From: Spirochaetia bacterium
GTDB taxonomy: Bacteria; Spirochaetota; Spirochaetia; SZUA-6; Bin103
NCBI GenBank assembly: GCA_965203905.1
Contig: CBDBDQ010000003.1
Coordinates: 42,777-106,776, forward strand
Direction: 5' to 3'
Length of the DNA stretch: 64,000 nt
Each line of letters starts with the position of its first letter. Position 1 is the stretch's first letter. Shown here in pieces: positions 41,336 to 52,208 of this stretch. The position numbers were made by a program, and so were the translations under genes. The notes under the pieces are model-generated. The model worked only from the letters and a program-made list of their open reading frames with translations. It made no database searches and was not told where the DNA came from.

Positions 41336-41620
41336 TCAACCCGCGTGCTCGGCTGGCGGCATGCCGAAGTGCTGTTCGATGTCGCGACGCAGGTCGCTGA
41401 CGCGATCGTCAACGTCGTCGATCTTGCGCCCCAGAAGGCTGAACTTGTGATCCATCCGCTTCTCGAAGGCGGTCATCCGTCGTTCGACTGCCTCAATCCG
41501 GCTATCCATCGCGTCCAGCCGGGCTTCCATCGTGTCCAGCCGGGCTGCAATGGGTTCCAGCGCGGTCGTGATCGCGTCTTGGATGATGGTCTGGAGTTCG
41601 TGCCGCTCGGTCTCTGTCAA
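41336..41620 (-). CDS. small coiled-coil protein
   Basis: Heptads RLDTMEA/RLDAMDS/RIEAVER. Confidence 0.55.
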   Translation of the reverse strand: MTETERHELQTIIQDAITTALEPIAARLDTMEARLDAMDSRIEAVERRMTAFEKRMDHKFSLLGRKIDDVDDRVSDLRRDIEQHFGMPPAEHAG

Positions 41621-41649
41621 ACCTGCATGATCGGCGCACCACTCACCCC

Positions 41650-43383
41650 GACGACATGAAACGCGGACGACGTGTCGGCCCGGAGTCTCAAGCGTTTCGG
41701 TGCGGAGGCGTGTCGTGGCATCCTCAAGGGGCGGAAGCGGGCACAGTCGTCGTAGCTCTTTTCGGTGGCGGGAGACGACTCCCTTCCCCGTTGTCAAACT
41801 GACGCTGCGCGCTGGGCATCGAGCCCCGAACCGTACCCGGCCTGTGGCCGTGGACGAGCAGCAAATCGAACCCCGCTTGGCGGCGGGTGTTTCCTGCACC
41901 CGGCGTGCTCGCCCGCTTCCGCCGTCAAGGAGGGTAGCTGATGAGTTACACCACTGTCGACAGCGACAGCAACACCTTGTGCACCGATGACATGCACGTG
42001 GTGTGTGCCCGCGCTGCCGGCCTCGACGTGCACAAGATGCACGTCACCGCCACGGTGCGGCTGTGCGAGGCCGGTAGCGGACCGGCGCGCACGGCTACGC
42101 GGGAGTTCAGCGCGCTGCCGGACGGCCTGCGCGCCATGACCGAGTGGCTGTGCGGACACGGCGTCACGGCAGCGGCCATGGAAGGCACCGGGGTCTACTG
42201 GAAGGCGCCGTTCGAGGCGCTCGAAGACGCGGGCATCCAGGCCGATCTGCACCATGCGCAGCAGGTCAAGCAGATCCGCGGGAAGAAGACGGATGTCAAC
42301 GACAGCCTGTGGCTGGCGCGTATCTGCCAGTTTGGTCTGGCGTTGCCGAGCTACGTTCCGCCGCGTCTGTTCCGGCAGCTGCGGCAGTTGACCCGCTACC
42401 GCCGCAAACTGGTCGACGAGCGCAGCCGGGCGCGCAACCGGGTCCACAAGACTCTTGACCACGACGGCTTGCGGCTCGGCGGCGTGTTGAGCGACATCTT
42501 CGGCGTCAACGGGCGGCGCATCCTCGACGGGTTGGTTGCCGGGCACTCGCCGCGTTACATCCTGGCCAATCTGACGCACCACGTGGCCGCCAAGCTGGCG
42601 CCGCTGACCCAGGCACTGGCCGCCACGCTCGACCCGCTCGCGCTGTTCGCGCTGGGCATGCAGATGGAGGCCGTCGACCGCGCCGACACCGCCCTGGTGG
42701 CGCTGGACAAGCGCATCCGGACCGTACTGGCCGATTACCAACGCTCGCTACGGCTGCTGCAAACGATTCCGGGTATCGATTACGGCAGTGCCTGCACCAT
42801 CCTGGCCGAGATCGGGCCGGACCTGGGGGCGTTCCGCAAAGCGTGTTCTATCGGCCCCTGGGCCGGCGTGGCCCCGGGGAACAACAACAGCGCCGGCAAA
42901 CGTCGCTCCGGGCGCGCGCGGAAAGGGAATCCGACGCTGCGTGCCACGCTGGCCGAGTGCGCCCACGGGGCGGTGCGGACCAAGAGTTCGCAGTTCTACG
43001 GCCATCACCGGATGTTGGCCGGGCGCATCGGCTACAAAAAGGCCATCCTCGCCAGTGCCCACAAGCTGTTGCGAGTAATCCACGCCGTACTGCGTGATGA
43101 TCGGCCGTACACCGATCCGGACATCGACTACGAAAAGCTCGTCGTCGAGCGCAACGCGCCGCGCTGGCTGCGCATGCTCACCCGGCACGGCTTTCTCGCC
43201 GAAGTGCAAGCAGCAGCGCGCGGCTGAAACGAACGGTTCCGTATCACGCGGCGCCGTGACGGGCCATAGAACGGGGCTGCCCGCACCGCCGAGCCGATCT
43301 GGAACCTCACCTGCTCGTGCCCAAGGGCCGCCAACCCGCGGTCACGCTTCCGTGCGCCCAAAGCACCGGCGCGTTTCACAGCA
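41650..43383 (+). mobile_element. IS110-family element (ends approximate)
   Basis: Subterminal inverted repeat TGAAACGCG (41657) / CGCGTTTCA (43370); long non-coding ends around the transposase. Confidence 0.8.
41941..43227 (+). CDS. IS110-family recombinase/transposase
   Basis: AGLDVHK, MEGTGVYW, KKTDVND, IPGI, GVAPGNNNSAGK...KGN. Confidence 0.96.
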   Translation: MSYTTVDSDSNTLCTDDMHVVCARAAGLDVHKMHVTATVRLCEAGSGPARTATREFSALPDGLRAMTEWLCGHGVTAAAMEGTGVYWKAPFEALEDAGIQADLHHAQQVKQIRGKKTDVNDSLWLARICQFGLALPSYVPPRLFRQLRQLTRYRRKLVDERSRARNRVHKTLDHDGLRLGGVLSDIFGVNGRRILDGLVAGHSPRYILANLTHHVAAKLAPLTQALAATLDPLALFALGMQMEAVDRADTALVALDKRIRTVLADYQRSLRLLQTIPGIDYGSACTILAEIGPDLGAFRKACSIGPWAGVAPGNNNSAGKRRSGRARKGNPTLRATLAECAHGAVRTKSSQFYGHHRMLAGRIGYKKAILASAHKLLRVIHAVLRDDRPYTDPDIDYEKLVVERNAPRWLRMLTRHGFLAEVQAAARG

Positions 43384-43854
43384 TCAGAGTGCCCAAGGGT
43401 GTGGAATGAACTTCGTCTCGGTCATGAGACGGCGCTCCGCGGCCGTCAGCAGTACCTCTTTGCGGTCCAGCTCCTTCCGCAGCCATTCCTTCTCCGCGCG
43501 CAGCTCCGCATTCTCGATGGTGAGGGTTGCGTCACGATCGCGCAGCTCGGCGTTCTCAGCGCGTAGACGGGCAGCTTCGCGTGCATCTGACTGAATAGCA
43601 CGCTGCATCTCTTCGCGGTGAGCCGGGTGCATCCCAGCCGCCCCGCCCAGGATCGCATTTTGAGTGAGCAACATCCCGGATACTCCCAGCACAGCTTGCC
43701 TCTTGGCCATCTCTCCAGCCATGTTACCCAGCACAGCTTGCCTCTTAGCCATCTCTCCAGCCATGTTACCTATCACAGCTCGCCGCTCTGCCATCTCTCC
43801 AGCCATGTTACCTATCACGTAGCTGAACAACCCTCCGCGTACCGAATCACTCAT
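43384..43854 (-). CDS. hypothetical protein with 3 x 14-aa (42-bp) tandem repeats and coiled coil
   Basis: GNMAGEMA(E/K)R(R/Q)AV(I/L) x3. Confidence 0.6.
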   Translation of the reverse strand: MSDSVRGGLFSYVIGNMAGEMAERRAVIGNMAGEMAKRQAVLGNMAGEMAKRQAVLGVSGMLLTQNAILGGAAGMHPAHREEMQRAIQSDAREAARLRAENAELRDRDATLTIENAELRAEKEWLRKELDRKEVLLTAAERRLMTETKFIPHPWAL

Positions 43855-43997
43855 CTTTTCTGGGTTGGCGGTCGCTTCTTCGCGGACCGTCGCGCCTCGT
43901 AGTCCTGGCGGGTCTGGCGGTTGATCTCCTTGACTTCCTCGGGCGGCAGCGACAGCGCCGCCTTGATCGCCAGGTTGAACCGTTCAGCGTTGGTCAT
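43851..43997 (-). CDS. small basic peptide downstream of IS1595 remnant
   Basis: MTNAERFNLAIKAALSLPPEEVKEINRQ...; ATGA overlap with next ORF. Confidence 0.4.
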   Translation of the reverse strand: MTNAERFNLAIKAALSLPPEEVKEINRQTRQDYEARRSAKKRPPTQKR

Positions 43998-44373
43998 TGG
44001 TCACTCCGTTATCGCTCATATCAGCCTGCCTTGCGCTTCAGGTCTTCGACGTCCCGCTCGACGTTGGCCAGCCGTTCGTCTGTTTCAACCCGAGCAGCCG
44101 CCAGCCCCCGTACGGCCTGCAGGATCTTCTTCTGCCCGGCCTCCAGGCCGTCGACCTTGCCCTCCAGCCGGTCCTGGCCGGCCTTCAACTCCAACAGCAG
44201 ATCGTCTCCGCTCCTGATCAGTCATCGCCGTATCCTCTCGCCCCAACCCCATCATACCACAAACATGATAATTCCGCAACCCATCAAGATTTAGCGGACG
44301 GGACGGAAGCTTAGCTCAGGCTAATTTCATCCTACGACAAGATGCGAACTTTGTCAACCGTCGCAACCGTCGC

Positions 44374-45050
44374 CTATGCTTTCGCAGTTTTTCTTTTCGT
44401 TTTACGCTTGGTGCCCGGCTTCGGGCCGCGGCCGGTCTTGCCGCGCACCTGGTTGTAGGTGAGGCGCCGGCCGAGGATGCCGCGGATCGCCGACGTGAAC
44501 CGCTCGCGATCGGTCATGCGGCTGTGGTTGAACCGCCAGCTCTGCTCGTCCAGGTAGCGGAACAGGTGGAAGGGTTCGAGCGACACCCACGTGCCGTTGA
44601 TGCAGCGTTTCAGCAGGCTCCAGAAGTTCTCCAGGCTGTTGGTGTGCACCCGGCCATCCACGTGCGCGATCAGCGCCTCTGGCATCCCGGCACGGCGCGC
44701 GCTCAACGCCTTGCTCGACGCGTAGCTCCTGCGATAGTACCATGCCGCCTCCACCAACAGCCGCCGCAGGTGGCCGTTCCCGGTCTTGGTGGTCCCGCCC
44801 TGCCAACGCCGGGAACCACTGGTACGTTCGCTCGGCACCACTCCCAAGAACCCCATGAACTCCGGCGCAGTCGCGAAGCGCCGGAAGTCTCCCACCTCGC
44901 AGACAAACGCCGGGCCGTCAGATAGTCGATCCCTCGGAGGCACCGCGGCCGCGCCACCGGCTGCGCGTAAGACGCCCTGCTGGCGAGCTGTTGAATCCGC
45001 TCGGCCATCAGGCTCTGCTTCTCCTCCAGCTCCAGACTACTCGGGCGGGG
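44374..45050 (-). pseudogene. chimeric transposase remnant: IS110 C-terminus fused to IS1595 C-terminus
   Basis: EVGDFRRF...GVVPSERTSG...KTGNGHLRRLLVEAAW joined to VHTNSLENFWSLLKR...HLFRYLDEQSWRFN. Confidence 0.8.
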
Positions 45051-45301
45051 CCACCGACTTCGCTGGTTACCCAGCAGCCGAACCCCTCGTGTCAAGGTAG
45101 CTTGGCGACCATCAGAGAACTGGCTGACCCTAGCTATCCCTACTGTCACTCCTTCCCGATCCGGGAATTCCGCTTGCAGGTAAGGAGCTTAGGTATCTCA
45201 GACCGAGTTTTGACAAGTCAGCGCAAGCAAGACCGCCGCCAACCCCACTTGACACTCTCTCCCAGAATGCGTAGTTTCCTCGCCACATTAGAACAACGTA
45301 A

Positions 45302-46348
45302 ATGGCGCGACAGCACCCGCACACCAGCAAGAACACCGACACCATACAGCGGCCAGTCCCGGAACCCCATGAACCATCAACAGAGAAGCGCCGAATTCTA
45401 TCCATCGACGGAGGTGGAATCCTCGGCACGTTCCCGGCATCTTTTCTGGCGGAACTGGAGAAGAAGCTAGACAATCCAATAGGCTCCTATTTTGATCTGA
45501 TCGTAGGTACGTCAACTGGTGGCATAATCGCGATCGCGCTCGGTCTTGGGCACAAAGCGTCAGAGATTCTCGAACTCTACGAACAACACGGACCAAGGAT
45601 ATTCGGAGGATCTCGCCTGACCCGTAGTTTTCGACATGTATTTCGCTTTAAGTATGGCCCAGAACTTCTCCGCGAAGCCTTGCAAGATATATTTGGAGAA
45701 GAACTAATAGGTGGCTCCAAAACTCGCCTAGTGATTCCAGCATGGAGCCCCGTTGCCCAGTCTGTATACATCTACAAAACCGCCCATCACCGAAAGTTCC
45801 ACACAGACTATCAATCTCTTGCCGTTGATGCGGCTATGGCTACATCAGCGGCACCCACGTACTTTCCTCATCACATCACTCGACATGGCGTGCGGCTGAT
45901 CGACGGAGGCGTATGGGCGAACAACCCTACTTCCATAGCTGCCGTGGAGGCTATTGCGGTACTTGGATGGTCTCCGACCTCAATGCATATCCTAAGCATT
46001 GGCTGTTTGGATGAAACTTACACGATCCCCAGGTCTGCAGGGTTCGGTTCATTCGGCCCCGTTGCTATCAAGTTATTCATGGACGGCCAGTCTCACAGTT
46101 CCCTCGGAATGGCCAAGTTACTTATGGATGACGAGCACTGCGGTAAATCGTTGTATAGGATCGACCATGCAGTACCTCCCAATAAATACAAGATGGACGA
46201 TGCAAACACTATCACCGATCTAAAGGGTCTCGGTCATTTCCACGCACGAGACAGGTCGCTCGAGCTCATACCTACGTTTTTTGATACGCCTGCCGGGGCG
46301 TTCGAGCCGTTTTACAAGATTACAGAAGGAGATTATCTTGCCGATTAG
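45302..46348 (+). CDS. patatin-like phospholipase, CBASS effector (CapV-like)
   Basis: ILSIDGGGILG, GTSTG, SAAPTYF, DGGVWANNP; adjacent to a CD-NTase. Confidence 0.92.
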   Translation: MARQHPHTSKNTDTIQRPVPEPHEPSTEKRRILSIDGGGILGTFPASFLAELEKKLDNPIGSYFDLIVGTSTGGIIAIALGLGHKASEILELYEQHGPRIFGGSRLTRSFRHVFRFKYGPELLREALQDIFGEELIGGSKTRLVIPAWSPVAQSVYIYKTAHHRKFHTDYQSLAVDAAMATSAAPTYFPHHITRHGVRLIDGGVWANNPTSIAAVEAIAVLGWSPTSMHILSIGCLDETYTIPRSAGFGSFGPVAIKLFMDGQSHSSLGMAKLLMDDEHCGKSLYRIDHAVPPNKYKMDDANTITDLKGLGHFHARDRSLELIPTFFDTPAGAFEPFYKITEGDYLAD

Positions 46349-47522
46349 CAAGTCCAAGTACACCGCGTCTTTGAATGGTATATCACAGGATATCGACATA
46401 GCTCCAAGCAAGTACCAACAGGCAGTCGATAGATACGAGGCGGTTGGCAGGTGGCTGGAAGGCGGAGAGTACGAGTATTGCAACAGTGTGCCATCAATCT
46501 ATCCGCAGGGTTCCTTCCGTCTGGGTACAGTCGTGAGACCGATAAGGAACGGGAAGGAGTCGGACTATGATATAGACCTTGTGTGCGAGCTGCCTATTCC
46601 GAAGCATTTGAAGGGACCCAAAGCGGTGAAGTTGATGATTGGGAATCGCCTTCAAGCCAACAGGGTCTATCGCGACCGCCTTGATGCCGAAGGAAAAAGA
46701 TGCTGGACTCTTGAATACGCCGAACAAGATGGAATCGGGTTCCACATGGACATATTACCTTCTATTACTGACAGCGGATATAGCGAAACAGCGATCGCGA
46801 TTACCGATAGACAGGGATCAGCATATTATTGGTCGGCAAGTGACCCTCGCGGTTACGCAGCGTGGTTCGAGAGTCTCAATAAGCAGGCTTTTGAGCAGGT
46901 TGCTGTACTTCAGAAAGCGTCTATCCGTGACAGAGAACCTGCGGTGTTTGCATCGATTGAGGATGTTCCAGATCAGCTTGTACGCACCCCACTACAACGA
47001 AGTATTCAGATAATGAAGCGCCACCGAGACGTCATGTTCGAAAATAGCTCCTATGAGCCAATTTCTATGATCATCACTACGCTCGCCGGCCATCTCTACA
47101 ACGGCGAACCGGATGTGTACTCAGCACTCTCCGGCATCGTCAGCCAGTTCGACGAACATTCCGTCCTGATGAAGAGCCAATCGTTGCCAAATCATCGTCT
47201 TGCAGCACGTGGGCTTATACGCCGAATGCCCGACGGGACGTGGTACATCGCAAACCCAGTAAACCCCGAGGAGAATTTCGCCGATCGATGGCACGAAGAT
47301 GGCCACGCGCGAGCCGACGCTTTTTTTCGATGGACCGCTCAGATAAAGGACGATCTGGTAAAGATACTGGAGGACGGACGACGTAACCCTGAGCGCACTC
47401 TCTCCAAGTCCCTAGGCATACCAGCCAATTCGTCTCGTCTTGACTTCTTGGTAGCGTCGGAGGCGCGCCTCGGTCCCAATATTCATATAGCACCAAGAGC
47501 ACCCAAACCGTGGAGCTGTTGA
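46338..47522 (+). CDS. cGAS/DncV-like nucleotidyltransferase (CD-NTase)
   Basis: YPQGSFRLGT...DYDIDLV, FHMDILP, SDPRGYAAWF, PISMIITTL, NPVNPEENFADRW, PKPW tail; AGGAG plus TTG. Confidence 0.95.
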   Translation: MPISKSKYTASLNGISQDIDIAPSKYQQAVDRYEAVGRWLEGGEYEYCNSVPSIYPQGSFRLGTVVRPIRNGKESDYDIDLVCELPIPKHLKGPKAVKLMIGNRLQANRVYRDRLDAEGKRCWTLEYAEQDGIGFHMDILPSITDSGYSETAIAITDRQGSAYYWSASDPRGYAAWFESLNKQAFEQVAVLQKASIRDREPAVFASIEDVPDQLVRTPLQRSIQIMKRHRDVMFENSSYEPISMIITTLAGHLYNGEPDVYSALSGIVSQFDEHSVLMKSQSLPNHRLAARGLIRRMPDGTWYIANPVNPEENFADRWHEDGHARADAFFRWTAQIKDDLVKILEDGRRNPERTLSKSLGIPANSSRLDFLVASEARLGPNIHIAPRAPKPWSC

Positions 47523-48190
47523 GCCACGAACAACTGTTGTCCGAAATCAAAGAACTACAGAGATTTCACATAGGACTATCATGCGTCGAAAAGAAAGATA
47601 GTGACACCTATATCTCTGGACCATTACCGTTCTATGCTCACTACGGCGATCGAGAATCCATTGCATCGTGCTTCGATGTCTCACTGTGCATAGATAAGTC
47701 GTATCCAGAAGTCCTGCCCGTAACCCGCGAAATCGGAGGAGCTATCAATGAATCATACCGACACGTGAATGATCACGGCACGCTTTGCCTGAGCGTTCCA
47801 GTCGAGGAGCGTCTTATATTTGGCGAGGAGCCGTCGCTTCTAGGCTATGTTAACCGTCTCTTGATCCCATATCTCTACGGTTACCGATATTGGGAGAAGC
47901 ATGGAACGCACCCATTCGGAGAACGGGCACACGGCGAGGACGGAGTAGTCCAATTCTACGTAGAGGAGTTCGGTCTTAAAGACGAATCGAAGGTAGTGGA
48001 CTTCCTAATGTTCCTTTGTACACACGGATATGAAGGGCGTCTTCCGTGTCCATGTGGTAGCGGAGACAGGCTCAAGAAGTGCCGCCATGGAAAGGTGCTA
48101 CGTAGATTGGATCAACATCACATACGGAAGGCTGTACGGACGGATCTCGGAAGAATCATAGCACGTCGTAGCATCACGGACAGCGGATAA
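47510..48190 (+). CDS. E2 ubiquitin-conjugating-like protein with C-terminal SEC-C motif (CBASS ancillary)
   Basis: YPEVLP, HVNDHGTLCL, PFGERAHG, PCPCGSGDRLKKC. Confidence 0.82.
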   Translation: MELLSHEQLLSEIKELQRFHIGLSCVEKKDSDTYISGPLPFYAHYGDRESIASCFDVSLCIDKSYPEVLPVTREIGGAINESYRHVNDHGTLCLSVPVEERLIFGEEPSLLGYVNRLLIPYLYGYRYWEKHGTHPFGERAHGEDGVVQFYVEEFGLKDESKVVDFLMFLCTHGYEGRLPCPCGSGDRLKKCRHGKVLRRLDQHHIRKAVRTDLGRIIARRSITDSG

Positions 48191-49047
48191 CAGGCAATAG
48201 GAACTTATCCCATGGCACTCTTGAATGCCCCTGCGGCCGGTGTAGACAGTGAACGGCCAGCAGACCACGTGCTTCCCGATCTTCGAGCAGTGTCTTGATC
48301 TGATCGACCGGCTCTGGTGGCCCTTTCCGTATACTGGCCACTGCCACTACGGCGACGCCAGGCTCGCCACCCCGCCTTGCGGCACCCCTTTCTTCCCGTT
48401 CGCCTTCAGATCGTTGGCGTCCCCGTAGCGGATCACGACGCCGTTATCAGTGCTTGATTCTGTCCACGCCGATCCCGCGTGCGATGCCTCTCCCTCCTGT
48501 ACGGATCGGGAGAGCGTACGCTCGAGGATTGGACCTGAGGTGGCTATCTATTCCGGACGGCAGGTTCTGCAGCCGGAAGCCTAGCCCGGCCGCCTCGCCC
48601 GGTTGTTTTGCTTCCTGAAACCGTACGCACGCTGAGCGCACGACCGGACGATCATCATACGTATGAATGCGCGAGAGGGCCGCGACACATTAGCTTGAAG
48701 TTCCAGCGGACCGTCGCCGCGCAGCTCGTCGTCGTCGTTGACCGCTCCGGATGACATCGCCTGTCGTCGCTGCGTCGGACGGTGTCATCTCCGGCGCCGG
48801 CGATCACGCAATTGTACCCGTGTTACGGCCGCGCGCGATTCTGTTGCACTTGATCCATCTCACCGCAAGGGCTGATCGACCACAATACATCAGAACTGCT
48901 CTTCGACCGAGTGTGACCGCCGAGCGGGCGAGCGCTTCTCGACCTTCCCCGCCACAGAGGCGCCTTGCGTCGCTGCCTCGTGTTATTCGGTCGCTGGGAA
49001 GCCCCACGGCACCACGCTTTGCATGGCATGCGGAATCCGCTTTTTCA

Positions 49048-50409
49048 TCAATCCCTGCAGTGAAGGCCAGTGGCGGGTTGTCGGTCCGCCACGCGTGAGT
49101 TGATACGAGAATGTCGGGAATCCGACAAAGCGCCATCCGAGATCATCTTCAGCAGATCAATTGAGAGGCGGTCCACCAACCGCCTCTCGCCCTCCGGATC
49201 CGCCATCTCGGTCAGGTCAACGAAGAGCGCCCACAGCCTCTTCGGGTTCCCAGGACCCTCCAATCGCCACTCTGCGGGATCCTTCGGCGTCGCCGCTGGA
49301 CTCGGATAGATGAGAGCGCCTATGGGGCAATCTTCGACCCATGCACCGGTGACTACTTGACGAACATCATCTGCGACGGGTACTCTGCGCCAAGTCTTGT
49401 ACTTCGCGTCCAATATTGCAATCGTGCTATCGACATGGGCCAATCTAATGTCCGGGTCATTGTACAATGCGAGTTCCCTTCCAACAGGTCGACCGATGGT
49501 CACCGCTCCCCGCTTGATGTAGCTTCCGGGAAGTACGGAGCGTACAGCTGACTGCACCAACAACCGCACCATAGACTCAAAGACCACCGCGCTGTTCCAC
49601 AGGAATCCAGGCATTTCCTGCGTCCCCATCCCATGTCGCAGCCCGCGACCGGCAAGCAATAGTTGGCCGACGGTAACCGCAGGCTGCAGCAAGGCATGAT
49701 GTGGAGAAAGTGTGATTCGTTCCGCCTCCGTCCACCCCGGTGGAACCGAGGAAACTCCACGAAACGCCATAGCTTCCTCCATCAGGTCGTGACCTAGCGG
49801 CGTAGACCGCACGTTCGTTGCCAATTGCTGCGCCGACCAACGCAACAGTCTATTCACGACCACATCCTCCGAGTAGGCATCATATTCACACGGAACCGAG
49901 CCTGGATGCAGCAACACGTCCAAGATTCGACTCACGTCAAGATGTCCACGCACAGTGCGTAAAGTGCGTCGCTCAGACACGTACCCCATAGGCCGGCCAC
50001 TGGGGCGGCTGGCCCGTAGCGAATTTAGCAACACATAGCCCAGGAGATCAGGAAACCGACTCTCCAATAGAACATCTCCTGTCACTTCCGAGCCGAGCAC
50101 CGGGAACCTGTACACGCGAGTCAGAATGGCCCACAGCGCAGCCTGCCATGACGCGCCGCCAGCATCGCTACCTGCCAAGAACTTCGGTACTACCTCAATG
50201 AGGGCGTCGCCCAGCCTAACAAAGCCCGTTACATTCCTCGCGGTTAACGCGCCATCCGTGTAAGCAAAAGGAACATGTGAAAGGCCAAGGACAGCCCGCC
50301 ACACCTCACTCTGCTGTACCAGCAAAGCACGCTCATGCTCGTTGAGACGGAATGGAACCCCGGCGTCATTCTCGACGACCGCAACAATATGCTGTTCCGA
50401 ACGGGTCAC
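49048..50409 (-). CDS. McrC-like PD-(D/E)xK nuclease subunit
   Basis: IEVVPKF, RGHLD, VFE, PDI...LDAKYK...DVRQ; GTGA overlap with the McrB stop. Confidence 0.85.
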   Translation of the reverse strand: MTRSEQHIVAVVENDAGVPFRLNEHERALLVQQSEVWRAVLGLSHVPFAYTDGALTARNVTGFVRLGDALIEVVPKFLAGSDAGGASWQAALWAILTRVYRFPVLGSEVTGDVLLESRFPDLLGYVLLNSLRASRPSGRPMGYVSERRTLRTVRGHLDVSRILDVLLHPGSVPCEYDAYSEDVVVNRLLRWSAQQLATNVRSTPLGHDLMEEAMAFRGVSSVPPGWTEAERITLSPHHALLQPAVTVGQLLLAGRGLRHGMGTQEMPGFLWNSAVVFESMVRLLVQSAVRSVLPGSYIKRGAVTIGRPVGRELALYNDPDIRLAHVDSTIAILDAKYKTWRRVPVADDVRQVVTGAWVEDCPIGALIYPSPAATPKDPAEWRLEGPGNPKRLWALFVDLTEMADPEGERRLVDRLSIDLLKMISDGALSDSRHSRINSRVADRQPATGLHCRD

Positions 50410-52160
50410 AAGTGGGATGCCATGTAGCGAAATGTCACCCGAACGCGCCCAATGTCCTCCTCGGCTAACGTTCCGAGTGATACTGTTTCGATCACAGAAC
50501 GGTCTCCGCCTACCTGACCAAACAAACCCTCTCTGCGCTGAAACGCGTACCCCTCCGGAACGGCGCCTCCGATACCGAGTATACGAATCAGTTCGTCTTG
50601 ACGAGTAAGGAACCGCTCCTGGAGCTGTGGCATGATGCCTTGGTCCCATATCACTGCTAACCGCCTAAAGCCTTCGTCTTCTCCTTGGTCCTGACGAACA
50701 GACATGAAGTAGGTGTGCCCGATTTCAAAATCGGACCCGAGCGTAGTAGCCAGTTGATAATTCAGACGATCCAAGATCAGTACCGCACACTCGGCCGCGG
50801 TCAGCTCTTCCTCATTACTAACCCTAGCGTTGGTCCTGTTTAAGTCAACCCCCAACCAGCCCCGCAAATGGTCAAGATCCGGAGACATATCGATCCGCTC
50901 AAAACGACGAGATAAGGCGCTATCTAAAGGCGCCACCGTCCGATCAACCGAGTTCATACTTGCCAACGTATACACGTGTCGTGGGAAGTACCATGGGTTG
51001 GGCAACTCGACCTCACCGCCACCAGCCATCTCGATGCACTCACGCGTACCTTCAGCGGTGTTCACAGAAACCAACGGTACCGGCAATCTACGAGGATTCT
51101 GCTTGCTCTGATCGTCAACGTCGCGGTAGGTATGTTCCATGAACGTAATGAACTCGCCGAACACTCTTGAGACGTTACCGCGGTTGATCTCATCGATTAG
51201 GAGTAACGCCGACCGTTCCCTATAGTCCCCCGACCACACCCGTACCGCCATGTCCAATAAGCGGCCGGCTCGCGGGCGCAAAGTAAATCCGCGATTGACC
51301 GGGTCCACGACTGGTCGCAAACCGAGCACAAAGTCCTCGTAGCCGTAGCTCTGATGTAAGGTGACCCAATCTCGAGCAATCGGTGACGGAAAGGGAACTG
51401 CGTGAAACGGCCGGTCCTTATCTTCAGGATCGAACAACACCGCTGGTGAGCTGTGTTCGGACTCGATAAGCTCCCATACGCAGCTCATCGCGTAGGTCTT
51501 ACCCGTACCAGCGGGACCGTATAGAAGAACGTTCGGTTTCCGTCGCCAAGCGTCGAATACGTCCTTTACGATCGGCGGGTACCCTGAGTAGGAGCGTGGA
51601 CGGATGAGACCACCTGCAGAGTCGCGGCCAAAGAGCGGTCCCAATCCAGCGCGCGTAGGCCAAGTTATTGGCATCGTGAAGCCCTTGGTAAACCCGGCAT
51701 AGTAGTCGCCGGACTGACTCTTTACGATATATATACGGATCCCTTCTGAAACTAGGTGCTCGACGGCTTGTCGATCTTGTACACGATCCGGTGCAGCTGG
51801 GAAACCGTTTTCGCTTGTCCATGCGGGATGCCGAGAGCCGCGTGGGGCCTGCCGGTTCTGGTTCGTAATGCGGTATCTGCGGTCGTTCGCACGATTGAGC
51901 TCAAATGACAAGGGTCCAGATCGGGCCGTGTTGCCAATCACCTTCGCTTGAATACTCACAGACGGCCAACCTTGGCTGCCAACATCTGGGGCGCGGAGCC
52001 CGAGCATTGTGAAGAGACCCTCCCGAACACTATCGGGTACATCGATGTACAACTGACCGCCCCCTCCGCGAGGGCCAACATCCATGGATCGCTCAATGTT
52101 GAAAAAGTCACCGACAGTGATCTTCCGATGCCAAATGCACTCGATCCCTATAAGACTCAA
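50406..52160 (-). CDS. McrB-like AAA+ GTPase with distinct N-terminal DNA-binding domain
   Basis: GPAGTGKT, HQSYGYEDFVLG, IDEINRGN, MNSVDR, ALSRRF, IGHTYF. Confidence 0.92.
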   Translation of the reverse strand: MSLIGIECIWHRKITVGDFFNIERSMDVGPRGGGGQLYIDVPDSVREGLFTMLGLRAPDVGSQGWPSVSIQAKVIGNTARSGPLSFELNRANDRRYRITNQNRQAPRGSRHPAWTSENGFPAAPDRVQDRQAVEHLVSEGIRIYIVKSQSGDYYAGFTKGFTMPITWPTRAGLGPLFGRDSAGGLIRPRSYSGYPPIVKDVFDAWRRKPNVLLYGPAGTGKTYAMSCVWELIESEHSSPAVLFDPEDKDRPFHAVPFPSPIARDWVTLHQSYGYEDFVLGLRPVVDPVNRGFTLRPRAGRLLDMAVRVWSGDYRERSALLLIDEINRGNVSRVFGEFITFMEHTYRDVDDQSKQNPRRLPVPLVSVNTAEGTRECIEMAGGGEVELPNPWYFPRHVYTLASMNSVDRTVAPLDSALSRRFERIDMSPDLDHLRGWLGVDLNRTNARVSNEEELTAAECAVLILDRLNYQLATTLGSDFEIGHTYFMSVRQDQGEDEGFRRLAVIWDQGIMPQLQERFLTRQDELIRILGIGGAVPEGYAFQRREGLFGQVGGDRSVIETVSLGTLAEEDIGRVRVTFRYMASHL

Positions 52161-52208
52161 TTTGTCACCGCCTCAGAGGGCACCCAAGCGTCTCACCGAT
52201 CGTTGCAC

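Noticed and set aside
43685-43820. 42-bp tandem repeat as a mini-CRISPR
   Set aside because: No spacers; it is an in-frame coding repeat.
48330-48700. Possible gene fragments between CBASS and McrC
   Set aside because: Short, with no recognisable motif.
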